Positions 8,757 to 19,643 of a stretch of 33,901 nucleotides of DNA are shown one piece after another. Numbering within the stretch: the first letter of the stretch is position 1; each line of letters starts with the position of its first letter. The stretch is from contig JAQWBC010000001.1 in NCBI GenBank assembly GCA_028707415.1, forward strand, positions 1 through 33,901, read 5' to 3'. The notes beneath the pieces were generated by a model, which saw only the letters and a program-made list of their open reading frames with translations, ran no database searches and was not told where the DNA came from. This stretch comes from Candidatus Izemoplasmatales bacterium (lineage in GTDB: Bacteria; Bacillota_I; Bacilli_A; Izemoplasmatales; Hujiaoplasmataceae). The position numbers and the translations under genes are program-made.

Positions 8757-11700
8757 ATGGATCAAGGTATTGAAAAATTGCTCGAGTTACTGGGAATTGA
8801 AGATCAAGCAGTTTCCGAATACGCTACGTTAGAACATCTTGAAGTTGACCCATCAATGGGCAGTTGGTTCTTTTTGATAAACTTTGAACGACCAATACCG
8901 ATATTGAGATATCGGAATTTTATCACGAAATTACTTTCGATTTCAACCTTTAATCCATCAGTAAAACACGTTGATTATCAAATGAGCATCGATACGTTTT
9001 CTGATGCTGATTTAAATGATTATTATGATTATGTTATTGATGTTTTGGTCGAAGAAGACCGACGGGTTATGCCGCTTAAAGACTACCCGACCGATATTGC
9101 CAACGGGACGATTAGGATTAAAGTGCCTTCAGGAGCGATGTCTGCAAGTATGTTTCGCAAGGAAATCGAAACCGAACTCTTAAAAAATGGAATCAAAGCT
9201 ACGGTAGATATTCAAATAGATGAGACTAGTAAACCGATCGTCGAAGAAATCGAAAAAACGAATCGGGTTTTCGTGGCTTCAAATGAAATTTCTAGCCCTT
9301 CTTCGGCGATAAAATACATCCAATTATATGAAGATAAACCAGTTGATAACGATTTTATTTCGCTTGATAAAATTCCTTTTGATGAATTAGAACTCGAAGA
9401 ATATAAAGCTAAAAACGGTAACAAAGCTAATTTTACCGTGCGAGGAACGGCCGTCATCATCGAAATCAGACAGCTTCGGACCTTTAGCCAAGCCAATATT
9501 ATTATCAGTGATCATAATGATTCTATTTTAATAAAAAAACGCATTTCCTCAGCGGATGAATTGCGATTTTGTAAGGAAATCCACGAAGGCAGTGGAATTA
9601 TTGCCCATGGGTTCGCGATTTATGAACCATTTTATGGTGAAATCATCATCAATGCTGTCAGCATTGCCAGATCCAGCGATTTGATTCCCAAAGATTTGCG
9701 AACCGACGATGCTGTCGAAAAACGAGTTGAATTGCACTTGCATACGAAAATGTCAGCTTTGGACGGCGTCAATACAATGGATGAATTTGTATCTCGGGCG
9801 CGAACTTGGGGACATTTGGGAATCGGTGTCTCCGATCACGGATCTGTTCAAGCATTTCCCGATTTATTCCACGCCGTAAAAGATACGGGTATCAAGGGTC
9901 TTTATGGCCTTGAGCTGGTTTATGCCGATGATTTGAACGTAACAATTACTAGAGGAAAATCCGCTTCGATGCTTAATGACGCCACTTATGTCGTCTTTGA
10001 TATTGAAACGACTGGACTTTCGGTTGTTTATGACACTTTGATTGAAATCGCAGCGATAAAAATCAGAAGTGGTACTATTATTGGTGAATACTCAACCTTT
10101 ATTAATCCGGGAAAACAAATCAGTGAGTTTACGACTAATTTGACCGGCATCACCAATAGTGATGTAATGAACGCTCCGAAAATCGAATTGGTAATGCCTG
10201 AGTTCTTCAACTTTAGTTCGGGAGCGATATTGGTTGCGCATAATGCCGATTTCGATATTGGCCATATCAATTATCACTATCAGGAATTAGCTATTGATAA
10301 TGACAATCAACCATCGATTGATACGCTGATGCTCGCAAAAGCTATTTATCCCAATCGGCAAAGATATTCTCTTGATCAATTATGTAAGCTTTTAAAAGTC
10401 CCTTTGAACGGACATCATCGTGCAATCAATGATGCCAAGGCGACAGCAGAAATCTTTTTGCATATGCTCAAAGAATTAAAAAAACAAGGAATTAATCGCT
10501 TCAGTGATATCAACCGGATAATTGATCGGGAGAATGTTCATAAATATCCTTATCCAAACCATATTAATCTTTTGGTGAAAAAACAAGAAGGATTAAAAAA
10601 CTTATATAAAATTTTATCAGAGGCTTCAACAACCTTTTTTGACCGTGACCCCAAAATTACCAGATCCTATCTTGAACGACATCGAAAAGGCATCTTAATC
10701 AGTTCCGGTTGCCGTAATTCACTATTCTTCGAAATTGCGATGAACAAGACAAGAGCCGATTTAGTTGAGGCTGCTAAATTCTATGATTATCTCGAAGTTC
10801 AGCCATTATCTACCTTTAGTTATATGAATCATTCAATTCCCAATTGGGCAATGGTAATTCAAGATGTAATAAAAAAAATCGTCGATGTTGGACATGAATT
10901 GACCATCCCTGTCTGTGCGACAGGCGACGTTCATCATCTCGATATTGATGATAAGAAGTATCGAGAGATAATGATTGAGAACCCTCAAGTCGGTGGTGGT
11001 TTTCACAAGTTGCATAGCGAGAAAGAAAAACCCAGTCAACACTTTATGACTACTGAAGAAATGCTGGAAGAGTTTCGCTTTTTAGGGGCAGAGACGGCAT
11101 CGGAAATTGTCATAAAGAACCCGAATATGATTATGGATCAATGCGATTCAATCGAAATATTCGGTAAAGATCTTTTTGCACCAACGGATGAATTTTTAGC
11201 GGAACAAGGTGTTCCATCAATTAAAAATAAAGTTGAGACCATGGTTCGCGAAAAAGCTCGCAAAGTATATGGTAATCCTCTTCCCGGAATTATCAGTACC
11301 AGATTGGAAAAAGAACTTGGTAGTATCATCAAGAATAAATTTTCGACAATTTACTACATCTCCCATCTACTGGTAAAAAAATCTAATGATGATGGTTATC
11401 TTGTCGGTAGTCGAGGTTCGGTTGGCTCTAGCCTCGTTGCGACGTTTATGGATATCACCGAAGTAAATCCTTTGCCACCACACTATACTTGCCCGAAATG
11501 TCAATTCTCAGCATTCAAAAAGACCGAAGAAGAGAAGAAACTATATGGAATGAATGATTTCGAGATTCGAAATCAACACTTACTTGATCATTCGGATTGC
11601 GGATGGGATCTTCCCAACCAAGAATGTCCGATTTGTGGAACTCAATTAATTAAAAACGGACACGATATCCCCTTTGAGACATTTCTCGGCTTTAAAGGCG

Positions 11701-13226
11701 ATAAAGTGCCTGATATTGATTTAAACTTTTCTGGCGACTATCAAGGAACCGTTCATGAATATATTCGCAAACTCTTTGGTGAAAATTATGCTTTCCGAGC
11801 GGGAACGATTGGAACATGTGCTGCCAAGACGGCTTTTGCTATGGTTCGCGATTATTATAAAAAAATTAATGAGGCTTTGGAACAACAAAATCTAGCTCCG
11901 ATTAAGATCCGACGGGCGGAAATGGAACGATTAGCCAAAGGCATCGAAGGATCCAAACGGACTAGCGGTCAACACCCGGGTGGCATCGTCGTCGTCCCTA
12001 ATAATAAAGAAATATTTGATGTCACCCCAATTCAATATCCGGGAGATTCATCGGATACAAATTGGAAGACTACTCATTATGATTATCACTCATTTGAAAG
12101 TAACCTCTTCAAATTAGACGTTTTAGGTCATGATGACCCAACGGTTATCCGGTATCTAATGGATTTAGTCAAACAAGAACCGTTGGAATTTCCTTTTTCC
12201 AAAGCTCAAGATATTCCCGTCGATGATAAAAATGTATATCGATTATTGAGTGGTACTGAAGTGCTTGGGTTAACTACCGACGATATTCGTTCGGAAATTG
12301 CTTCATATGGTATTCCTGAATTCGGAACTAACTTTGTACGGGGGATGTTAAGGGATTCCCGACCTCAAAATTTTGCGGAGCTTGTCAAAATATCCGGTCT
12401 GTCTCACGGCACCAATGTTTGGAATAGTAATGCTCAGGATTTGATATCCGGACGCCGTAAAGATTTCGGGCGGATTGACTTCAAAGACATTATCGGTTGT
12501 CGCGACGATATCATGATTGATTTAATCAAGTATGGCATGCAGCCAACAATGGCTTTCGAGATTATGGAATTTGTTCGAAAAGGAAAAGCACCATCAACAC
12601 CGGACAAATGGTCAAGTTATGCTGATTTAATGCGGCAAGCTGGAGTCCCAGAATGGTATATATGGTCATGCAGTAAAATTGAATATATGTTTCCAAAAGC
12701 CCATGCGACGGCATATGTCATGATGGCGATGCGAATTGCCTGGTTCAAACTCTATAAACCGATATATTTCTATTCGGCGTATTTTTCCAAACGAGCGGCT
12801 ATTTTCGACGTAGATGCCTTTATGGGAGGGGAAGTCGGAATTAAATCCCGACTCGATGCTATCAACGAGTCCGGAAACGAGGCTTCGGAGAGAGACCTTA
12901 ATTTAGTGACGGTTTTAGAACTGGCTTTAGAAATGTACAAACGTGGATTCACATTTTCTCCTGTTGACATCCATCATTCAGATGCTGCTGATTTTCTGAT
13001 CTCGGACAATCATATGTCCTTGATTATGCCGTTTGTCGTCGTCGATTCTTTAGGAAAGAATGTTGCATCTTCAATCATTGAAGCGCGGAAGGAAAAACCA
13101 TTTCTTTCCAAACAAGATGTCCGCAATCGGACGCGAATTTCTAATACATTATTTGATAAATTAGATGGGATTGGTGCTTTCAAAGGTTTAATCGAAGAAA
13201 GTCAAATGTCATTATTCGATATGTGA
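8757..13226 (+). CDS. polC: DNA polymerase III PolC-type alpha subunit
   Basis: About 1489 aa. It has a PHP domain (HLHTKMSALDG), an inserted DnaQ-like 3'-5' exonuclease (VVFDIETTGLS ... HNADFDIGH ... HRAINDA), a Zn finger CPKC...CPICG and a palm domain (PDIDLNFSG). ATG at 8757 lies 7 nt after GGGAG; the ORF-track start at 8742 is a TTG. Confidence 0.97.
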   Translation: MDQGIEKLLELLGIEDQAVSEYATLEHLEVDPSMGSWFFLINFERPIPILRYRNFITKLLSISTFNPSVKHVDYQMSIDTFSDADLNDYYDYVIDVLVEEDRRVMPLKDYPTDIANGTIRIKVPSGAMSASMFRKEIETELLKNGIKATVDIQIDETSKPIVEEIEKTNRVFVASNEISSPSSAIKYIQLYEDKPVDNDFISLDKIPFDELELEEYKAKNGNKANFTVRGTAVIIEIRQLRTFSQANIIISDHNDSILIKKRISSADELRFCKEIHEGSGIIAHGFAIYEPFYGEIIINAVSIARSSDLIPKDLRTDDAVEKRVELHLHTKMSALDGVNTMDEFVSRARTWGHLGIGVSDHGSVQAFPDLFHAVKDTGIKGLYGLELVYADDLNVTITRGKSASMLNDATYVVFDIETTGLSVVYDTLIEIAAIKIRSGTIIGEYSTFINPGKQISEFTTNLTGITNSDVMNAPKIELVMPEFFNFSSGAILVAHNADFDIGHINYHYQELAIDNDNQPSIDTLMLAKAIYPNRQRYSLDQLCKLLKVPLNGHHRAINDAKATAEIFLHMLKELKKQGINRFSDINRIIDRENVHKYPYPNHINLLVKKQEGLKNLYKILSEASTTFFDRDPKITRSYLERHRKGILISSGCRNSLFFEIAMNKTRADLVEAAKFYDYLEVQPLSTFSYMNHSIPNWAMVIQDVIKKIVDVGHELTIPVCATGDVHHLDIDDKKYREIMIENPQVGGGFHKLHSEKEKPSQHFMTTEEMLEEFRFLGAETASEIVIKNPNMIMDQCDSIEIFGKDLFAPTDEFLAEQGVPSIKNKVETMVREKARKVYGNPLPGIISTRLEKELGSIIKNKFSTIYYISHLLVKKSNDDGYLVGSRGSVGSSLVATFMDITEVNPLPPHYTCPKCQFSAFKKTEEEKKLYGMNDFEIRNQHLLDHSDCGWDLPNQECPICGTQLIKNGHDIPFETFLGFKGDKVPDIDLNFSGDYQGTVHEYIRKLFGENYAFRAGTIGTCAAKTAFAMVRDYYKKINEALEQQNLAPIKIRRAEMERLAKGIEGSKRTSGQHPGGIVVVPNNKEIFDVTPIQYPGDSSDTNWKTTHYDYHSFESNLFKLDVLGHDDPTVIRYLMDLVKQEPLEFPFSKAQDIPVDDKNVYRLLSGTEVLGLTTDDIRSEIASYGIPEFGTNFVRGMLRDSRPQNFAELVKISGLSHGTNVWNSNAQDLISGRRKDFGRIDFKDIIGCRDDIMIDLIKYGMQPTMAFEIMEFVRKGKAPSTPDKWSSYADLMRQAGVPEWYIWSCSKIEYMFPKAHATAYVMMAMRIAWFKLYKPIYFYSAYFSKRAAIFDVDAFMGGEVGIKSRLDAINESGNEASERDLNLVTVLELALEMYKRGFTFSPVDIHHSDAADFLISDNHMSLIMPFVVVDSLGKNVASSIIEARKEKPFLSKQDVRNRTRISNTLFDKLDGIGAFKGLIEESQMSLFDM

Positions 13227-13292
13227 AGATGTTAATAATCTCACAAAAACATAACAAACATGAGTATAATATTTCTTGGTGGAGGTCTTAAC

Positions 13293-13991
13293 ATGAGAAT
13301 ACACAGTTCCAATCCGGTTTATCATTCGATTAACAATACTATTGCTTCGGATCGGCCGGTTACTTACACCAATGTCGCCATAAAAACCGTATTTTTAGTA
13401 TTGATTACGCTGGGAACTGGCTGTTATTTTATAGCCAATCCTAACCTTGTATCTATTCCCTTATTGATTGGTGCCGTCATTGTTGGTTTCATTGCGGTGA
13501 TCATTGGAACACGGTCAGTCCGTTTCGCCCCATATCTTTCAGTTTTATATGCAGCCTGTGAAGGATTGATTCTCGGAATTGTCTCAGTTGCATACGAAAC
13601 TCTTTATGAAGGAATTGTACCAACGGCACTTATTACAACCGTTGTTGTATTACTGGTAATGATGCTATTGTATTCAATGAATATTATCAAAGTTAACGTC
13701 CGGTTTGCTTCATTTATGGTCGTTGCTTTAATCACTGTGATTATGATGTCGGTCCTGGGAATGATATTGCCATTTGGCGGGGGGACTTTATACATTATCG
13801 TATCCATTTTATCAGCACTATTGTCGGCTTTTTATCTTTTTTTGGACTTTGAAAATATCAAAGCTTGCGTCATTGGCCAAGTTGATGTGTCCTATAGTTG
13901 GGTTTTGGCCTTGGGAATGATGGTTTCTTTGGTTTGGATATATGTTGAAATTCTTCGCCTATTGGCATTTTTCGGAAATCATCGCAATTAG
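13293..13991 (+). CDS. Bax-inhibitor-1/YccA-like integral membrane protein
   Basis: ATG at 13293 follows GGTGGAGG. The N-terminal SSNPV motif followed by about 7 hydrophobic helices is typical of the BaxI_1/COG4760 type. The assignment rests on motif and topology only. Confidence 0.6.
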   Translation: MRIHSSNPVYHSINNTIASDRPVTYTNVAIKTVFLVLITLGTGCYFIANPNLVSIPLLIGAVIVGFIAVIIGTRSVRFAPYLSVLYAACEGLILGIVSVAYETLYEGIVPTALITTVVVLLVMMLLYSMNIIKVNVRFASFMVVALITVIMMSVLGMILPFGGGTLYIIVSILSALLSAFYLFLDFENIKACVIGQVDVSYSWVLALGMMVSLVWIYVEILRLLAFFGNHRN

Positions 13992-13993
13992 GG

Positions 13994-14022
13994 TTGTATT
14001 TTTAAAAAATGATTGATATAAT
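13994..14022 (+). promoter_or_regulatory. Sigma-A-type promoter (extended -10) for the pheS leader
   Basis: TTGTAT at 13994-13999, a 17-nt spacer, then TGaTATAAT with the hexamer at 14017-14022. Confidence 0.5.
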
Positions 14023-14029
14023 GAATTCG

Positions 14030-14249
14030 ATATAAAAGCGATGACAAAGAAATAGTAATCAATTATCACGACATTTTTAGAGAGAGATCCCGAGGCTGTA
14101 ATGATCTCATGTCCGAATTGATGAATTCACCTTTTGAGTGGGGTTAATGCTCCCGTTTAATCAACGTTACCGATTTTAAGTTGCCAGTCATGACTGGAAC
14201 AAAGGTGGTACCACGGTTGATAATCGTCCTTTTTGGGGCGATTTTTTTA
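14030..14249 (+). promoter_or_regulatory. T-box leader (tRNA-Phe sensing) with intrinsic terminator
   Basis: Stem I AGAGAGA...GGCTGTAATG elements and a candidate specifier TTC at 14126-14128 followed by A. T-box AAAGGTGGTACCACGG at 14201-14216. Terminator ATCGTCC/GGGCGAT (14223-14242, one G-U pair) followed by T7. Confidence 0.85.
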
Positions 14250-14286
14250 TTCAGTCGATTATACATTATTTAAGGGATGTGAAACC

Positions 14287-15321
14287 ATGGAAATCAAGCA
14301 ACAATTACAAGAAGTACTACAGGAGATTAATACAGCGTTTCAAACCATTGATACTATTAATGAACTAAATGATTTGAAAGCCAAGTATTTAGGCAAAAAA
14401 GGGTGTTTTTCCCAATGGATGACGGAAATGAAAAACCTTTCCAATGAAGAAAAACCCAAATTTGGTCAGGCTGTAAATGCTGCTAAAGACGAAGTAATCA
14501 AGCATTTTGAGGATTTTTATTCACAAATCGAAAAACGTATTATTGCCGAAAAATTGGCCAAAGAGACGATTGACGTTTCCCTTCCCGGCCGTGTGTTTCC
14601 CGTTGGTGCTAAACATTTGGTCAGCCAAGTAATCGAAGAAGTCGAAGATTTGTTCATCGGGCTCGGTTACACTGTTAAAGAAGGTCCGGAAATCGAACAA
14701 GACTTATACAATTTCGAAATGTTGAATTTACCGAAATCACATCCCGCAAGAGATATGCAAGACTCATTTTATATTACTGAAGAATTGCTTTTAAGAACTC
14801 ATACTTCTCCAGTGCAAATTCGAACTCTGTTGGAAAACAGCGGAAACAAACCAATCAAAATTATTTGCCCGGGGAAAGTATACCGACGTGATGATGATGA
14901 TCAAACCCATTCACATCAGTTTATGCAAATCGAAGCTTTAGTCGTTGATCATGAAGCCACGCTTGCTGATTTAAAAGGAACCCTGTTAATACTGGCTAGG
15001 AAAATGTTTGGTGAGGAACGGCAAATTCGGCTTCGACCATCATATTTTCCGTTTACGGAGCCCAGTGTTGAAGTCGATATCTCTTGCTATAAGTGTCATG
15101 GCAAAGGCTGCTCGATGTGTAAAGGGAGCGGATGGATTGAAATTCTCGGTGGCGGAATGGTCAACAATGCTATCTTGGAAGCCACTGGATATGATCCCAA
15201 ACAGTATCAAGGATTTGCCTTCGGCGTCGGAGTGGAACGGCTTGCGATATTAAGATATGGTATCGATGACATTCGAGCATTTTATATCAATGATTTGCGT
15301 TTTAATCAACAATTTAAATAG
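14287..15321 (+). CDS. pheS: Phenylalanyl-tRNA synthetase alpha subunit
   Basis: [10 protein letters not shown]... N-terminal coiled coil and class II motifs ([35 protein letters not shown]). The upstream part of the ORF-track ORF (14233-) overlaps the T-box terminator. Confidence 0.95.
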   Translation: MEIKQQLQEVLQEINTAFQTIDTINELNDLKAKYLGKKGCFSQWMTEMKNLSNEEKPKFGQAVNAAKDEVIKHFEDFYSQIEKRIIAEKLAKETIDVSLPGRVFPVGAKHLVSQVIEEVEDLFIGLGYTVKEGPEIEQDLYNFEMLNLPKSHPARDMQDSFYITEELLLRTHTSPVQIRTLLENSGNKPIKIICPGKVYRRDDDDQTHSHQFMQIEALVVDHEATLADLKGTLLILARKMFGEERQIRLRPSYFPFTEPSVEVDISCYKCHGKGCSMCKGSGWIEILGGGMVNNAILEATGYDPKQYQGFAFGVGVERLAILRYGIDDIRAFYINDLRFNQQFK

Positions 15322-15333
15322 GAGGACACCACG

Positions 15334-17703
15334 ATGAATGTCTCACTTAATTGGTTAAAAGAGTATGTCGACATTGACATCCAAAGCGATGCCCTTGTCA
15401 ATAAATTTAATCTCATGAGCGCTGAAGTTGAGCGACTCGAAAAAATGGTTACGGCATCAAATCTAGTTGTTGGTCAAGTTAAAACCTGCATTAAGCATCC
15501 GGATTCAGACCATCTACACATTTGCACAGTCGATATCGGAACTTCCGTTTTACCGATTGTTTGTGGTGCCAGTAACGTCGATACGGGGCAAAAAGTGATT
15601 GTGGCTTTGGATGGAGCTTTGCTTCCGGGCAATCTTTTGATAAAAAAATCAAAGATTCGCGGAGTTGAATCCAATGGCATGATCTGTTCGCTTGATGAAC
15701 TGGGAATTGAACACAAGTATCATCAAGAAAACGGGATTCACGTTCTTCCCAGCTCATCGGAAATCGGGATTGATGCCATCAAGGCATTGCATTTTGACGA
15801 TGAAGTCATCGAATTGCATTTGACTCCAAACCGTGGTGATTTATTATCAATGATTGGTGTGGCATATGACGTATCAGCAATGATTGAAACCAAGATGCAC
15901 TTAACCGAACCCCAAATAACCGAAATCAAAGAAAAAAACCGCGTTAACGTTTCAACTTCAACCGCTGGGTGTATGTCATATTATGCCCGGGTAATAAAAA
16001 ACGTCAAGATTCAAGATAGTTCTGACTGGCTGAAAGCCCGGTTGATAGCCGCCGGTGTCCGCCCAATCAATAATATTGTCGATATTACCAATTATGTAAT
16101 GCTCGAATATGGGCAGCCATTACATGCTTTTGATTTTAATAAAATTGCGACTACGGAAATAATCGTTCGTGACGCCTTACCAAAAGAAACATTTGTGACT
16201 CTTGATGGCAAAAGCCGGATTCTTAATGAAGATGATATCGTTATTACCAATGGCAAGAAAGTTATCGCTTTAGCCGGTGTAATGGGCGGTTTAGATACTG
16301 AGATTAGTGAAGCGACCGTCAACGTTTTACTTGAATCGGCAACGTTTAATCCAATTCGAATTCGCAAAACCTCAAAACGTCTGGATTTGCGAAGCGAATC
16401 ATCAATTCGTTTTGAAAGATGTTTAGACCCCAATCGGACAATTAAGGCATTAAATCGAGCTTGCATGTTATTAGAATCCATTGCTTCAGGTTCAACCTTA
16501 TCAGGAGTTGCTTTCTTTGACAATAATGACTTAAGTGCAAAAGCAATTCCATTTTCATCGGCACAGATTACCAAAGTAACTGGATATAATTATCAAGGAA
16601 ATGAAATTGAATCAGTCTTTCAACGTTTGCATTTCGAATACAATCGAGATGGCGATCAGTTTGTTGTTTTTGCCCCAACACGGCGCCCAGATATCGCTAC
16701 TTATCAAGATATAATTGAAGAAGTAGTAAGAATTCATGGCTTTCAATTCATACCAGTGACCATGACAAAATTACCATCAAATGGTTTTTTGACTCCGAAA
16801 CAACAACTACGGCGCATGATTCGCAATACACTTGTGTTTCTCGGATTGGATGAAACGTTGACGTATTCGTTAGTTTCCGAAGTCGCTGCGATTGAATTCG
16901 ATAAGAAAGCGAAATCCGTAGTCCGCTTGTTACATCCAATGGCTGAAGATCGCAGATGCTTACGGCACTCGCTTGTCCCCTCGCTTTTAGATGTGTCTGC
17001 TTACAACACGGCGAGAAAAGCGGATCGAATCGCTTTATTTGAAATTGGCAAAGGTTATACACAGACTGAAGAAACCGAATTTGTTGCTGGAATAATCTCC
17101 GGAACTTTTCAAGAGTCTTTGTGGCAGGGGAAAAAGGAAGTAGTTGATTTCTTTTTGGTGAAAGGTTTATTACAGGCATTATTTGATCGAATCGGAGTTG
17201 GCAATGTCAAATATCAAATTCCGAAAAATCCTTTTCCTAAACTCCATCCAAACATTAATGCTTGTATCATGAAAGATGAAGTCAGTATCGGATGGGTGGG
17301 AAAATTGCATCCTGCCGAACAAACAAAACGAGGACTTTCTGACACTTATATTTTTTCGCTAGCCTTTGAAAAACTTTTTTCTTGCTCATCGCGTAATTTT
17401 GTTATGCAGAGCATTTCTAAATATCCCGCAGTTACTCGGGATATTGCAATCGTTGTTGACAAGACAGTTTCCGCGGAAATGATTACCAGTTTGATTCGAA
17501 AAAACGGCAAGAAAATCTTAAACGAAGTTAAGATATTTGACTTATATCAAGGGGAAAATATTCGACCGGATCAGAAATCGATCGCCCTAAATCTGACGTT
17601 TCAAGATTATACAAAGACACTAGAAACTGATGAAATCGATGAGATTACCAAAAGAATAGTCAGTTGTTTAGAGAAGGAACTAAAAGCCACACTTCGAATT
17701 TAA
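15334..17703 (+). CDS. pheT: Phenylalanyl-tRNA synthetase beta subunit
   Basis: 789 aa. N-terminal SLNWLKEY, a tRNA-binding OB domain (VGQV...HPDSDHLHICTVD), B3/4 and B5 domains and a C-terminal FDX-ACB domain. It directly follows pheS. Confidence 0.95.
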   Translation: MNVSLNWLKEYVDIDIQSDALVNKFNLMSAEVERLEKMVTASNLVVGQVKTCIKHPDSDHLHICTVDIGTSVLPIVCGASNVDTGQKVIVALDGALLPGNLLIKKSKIRGVESNGMICSLDELGIEHKYHQENGIHVLPSSSEIGIDAIKALHFDDEVIELHLTPNRGDLLSMIGVAYDVSAMIETKMHLTEPQITEIKEKNRVNVSTSTAGCMSYYARVIKNVKIQDSSDWLKARLIAAGVRPINNIVDITNYVMLEYGQPLHAFDFNKIATTEIIVRDALPKETFVTLDGKSRILNEDDIVITNGKKVIALAGVMGGLDTEISEATVNVLLESATFNPIRIRKTSKRLDLRSESSIRFERCLDPNRTIKALNRACMLLESIASGSTLSGVAFFDNNDLSAKAIPFSSAQITKVTGYNYQGNEIESVFQRLHFEYNRDGDQFVVFAPTRRPDIATYQDIIEEVVRIHGFQFIPVTMTKLPSNGFLTPKQQLRRMIRNTLVFLGLDETLTYSLVSEVAAIEFDKKAKSVVRLLHPMAEDRRCLRHSLVPSLLDVSAYNTARKADRIALFEIGKGYTQTEETEFVAGIISGTFQESLWQGKKEVVDFFLVKGLLQALFDRIGVGNVKYQIPKNPFPKLHPNINACIMKDEVSIGWVGKLHPAEQTKRGLSDTYIFSLAFEKLFSCSSRNFVMQSISKYPAVTRDIAIVVDKTVSAEMITSLIRKNGKKILNEVKIFDLYQGENIRPDQKSIALNLTFQDYTKTLETDEIDEITKRIVSCLEKELKATLRI

Positions 17704-17713
17704 ATAAAACACA

Positions 17714-17740
17714 AAAGCTATCGATACTGATAGCTTTTTA
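17714..17740 (+). terminator. Rho-independent terminator after pheT
   Basis: Stem AAAGCTATC/GATAGCTTT with loop GATACT, followed by TTAAAA. The T tract is short, so the call is moderate. Confidence 0.6.
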
Positions 17741-17800
17741 AAAGAGCTTTCTTTTTCTTTTTGGTGAATATGATATTATATATAAAAAGGGGGTTTTTCC

Positions 17801-18715
17801 TTGAATAAAATAATCGATGTCCATGGTTTAAAAAAAAGCTATGGTCCTGTAGCCGCTGTCAAAGGCGTGGATTTTTATGTTGAAAAGGGCAAGCTCTTTG
17901 CTTTTCTTGGCCCAAATGGTGCAGGAAAGACGACAACTATCAATATTCTCTGTACTTTATTATCAAAAGATCAGGGAGAAGTCATCATTGATGGACATAT
18001 CTTGGATTACGATGATAAGCTGATTCGTGAGGAAATCGGAATTGTGTTTCAAGAGAGTGTGCTTGATCCACTTTTGACGGTTCGGGAAAATTTAGAAGTT
18101 CGTGGTAGTTTTTATAGTATGAAAAAAAGCGATCTGAATCACGCCATCGACGAAGCAATGAGAACAACCGATATCACGGGAATCTCTAATCGACGTTTCG
18201 GAACCCTTTCGGGTGGGCAAAGACGAAGGACAGACATTGCCAGAGCGTTGATTCATCATCCCAAAATATTATTTTTGGACGAACCGACCACCGGACTCGA
18301 TCCCCAGACCCGAAAGACGGTTTGGAAAACTGTCGAAAACTTACAAAAAGAACAGGGAATGACTGTTTTTTTAACAACTCATTATATGGAGGAAGCGGGT
18401 CTAGCCGATTATGTTATTGTTATTGATGATGGTTTGATTGCCGCAAAAGGCACTCCCGCTGAACTAAAGGAAAAATACTCCTCCGATACCATTCAGATCA
18501 AACCCACTGATAGTCAAAATGCAAAATTGCTTTTGGAGCAAAATCAGATTGATTATCGAGAAATAAGTGATCTTCTAATCATCGATATTAAAAAGACAAT
18601 CGATGCTTTACCTATAATAAAACTACTTGAAGGAATGATTGTTTCTGTACAAATACTCAACGGAACGATGGACGATGCTTTCATCGGCATTATCGGGAAG
18701 GAGATCCGCGAATGA
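17801..18715 (+). CDS. ABC transporter ATP-binding protein (ABC-2/DrrA-like)
   Basis: TTG start 7 nt after AAGGGGG. Walker A GPNGAGKTT, signature LSGGQRRR and Walker B ILFLDEPTTGLD. The stop overlaps the permease start (ATGA). Confidence 0.85.
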   Translation: MNKIIDVHGLKKSYGPVAAVKGVDFYVEKGKLFAFLGPNGAGKTTTINILCTLLSKDQGEVIIDGHILDYDDKLIREEIGIVFQESVLDPLLTVRENLEVRGSFYSMKKSDLNHAIDEAMRTTDITGISNRRFGTLSGGQRRRTDIARALIHHPKILFLDEPTTGLDPQTRKTVWKTVENLQKEQGMTVFLTTHYMEEAGLADYVIVIDDGLIAAKGTPAELKEKYSSDTIQIKPTDSQNAKLLLEQNQIDYREISDLLIIDIKKTIDALPIIKLLEGMIVSVQILNGTMDDAFIGIIGKEIRE

Positions 18716-19584
18716 TTATTCAGTTGATTCTCAGAAATTTGCGCATCTATTTTCGCGATAAGGCAAGTGTTTTCTTTTCTTTACTTGGCGTGTTTGTAAT
18801 CATCGGCTTATATATTCTCTTTCTAAGAGATGCTGTTATTGGTAATTGGGATCAAACATTTCCAGGGATAGAATTTGTTATGGATTCATGGATTATGTCT
18901 GGGGTCGTTGCAGCAGCTTCGATTACTACGACTATGGGAGCTTTTGGGACAATGGTTGATGATACGGTTAAGAAAAACATTAAGGATTTTCAAGTGTCGC
19001 CAATCAAACGATGGCAATTGGTCTTAGGATACGTACTGAGCTCAGTTATTATTGGCATCATTATGAGCTTATTAACATTAGTGCTTGCGGAAATCTATAT
19101 TGTCGCCCAAGGTGGCGATTTACTTAGTTTTCCTGCTTTGATAAAAACGATTGGGTTAATCATCTTGTCAGTTGTCTCGAGTAGTGCAATAATTTTTTTC
19201 TTTGTATCATTTTTCAAGAGCCAGAACGCATTTGCTACCGCTTCGACTTTGATTGGGACACTCATTGGGTTTTTTATGGGGGTGTATTTTCCGATTGGAC
19301 AATTACCGGAAGGAGTCGGATATGCAATTAAAATCTTCCCACTCTCGCATTCCGGAGTTGTGTTGCGTCAAGTAATGATGGATGAAGCCATGAATAAAGT
19401 CTTTGCTGGGGTTGACGAGAGTGTCTTCAGTATCAGCACTTTTAAAGAAGATATGGGTATTGTTTTTAAATATGGCATGATTACATTCCCATTTTGGGCG
19501 CATTTGTTAGTGCTTTTAGGAACGGCTATGCTTTTCTTCCTATTGACGGTTTTGCGAATGTCAGCCCATAAAGCTAAAGAATAG
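18712..19584 (+). CDS. ABC-2 type transporter permease
   Basis: 290 aa with about 6 predicted TM helices. It is translationally coupled to the upstream ATPase. Substrate unknown. Confidence 0.7.
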   Translation: MIIQLILRNLRIYFRDKASVFFSLLGVFVIIGLYILFLRDAVIGNWDQTFPGIEFVMDSWIMSGVVAAASITTTMGAFGTMVDDTVKKNIKDFQVSPIKRWQLVLGYVLSSVIIGIIMSLLTLVLAEIYIVAQGGDLLSFPALIKTIGLIILSVVSSSAIIFFFVSFFKSQNAFATASTLIGTLIGFFMGVYFPIGQLPEGVGYAIKIFPLSHSGVVLRQVMMDEAMNKVFAGVDESVFSISTFKEDMGIVFKYGMITFPFWAHLLVLLGTAMLFFLLTVLRMSAHKAKE

Positions 19585-19643
19585 ATACCGTTTTCATGCA
19601 AATAACTCTCTTTGAAACCGATTTTGTGATATAATGTTTCTCG

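Noticed and set aside
16092-17179. Long antisense ORFs (160 aa and 143 aa) inside pheT
   Set aside because: They lie entirely within a well-supported, conserved CDS on the other strand. They have no RBS or promoter and their sequences are Ser/Arg/Leu-rich as expected for antisense frames. The same reasoning applies to the other minus-strand ORFs of 60-121 aa inside thrS, polC, pfkA, recG, plsX and the protease gene (24816-25181).
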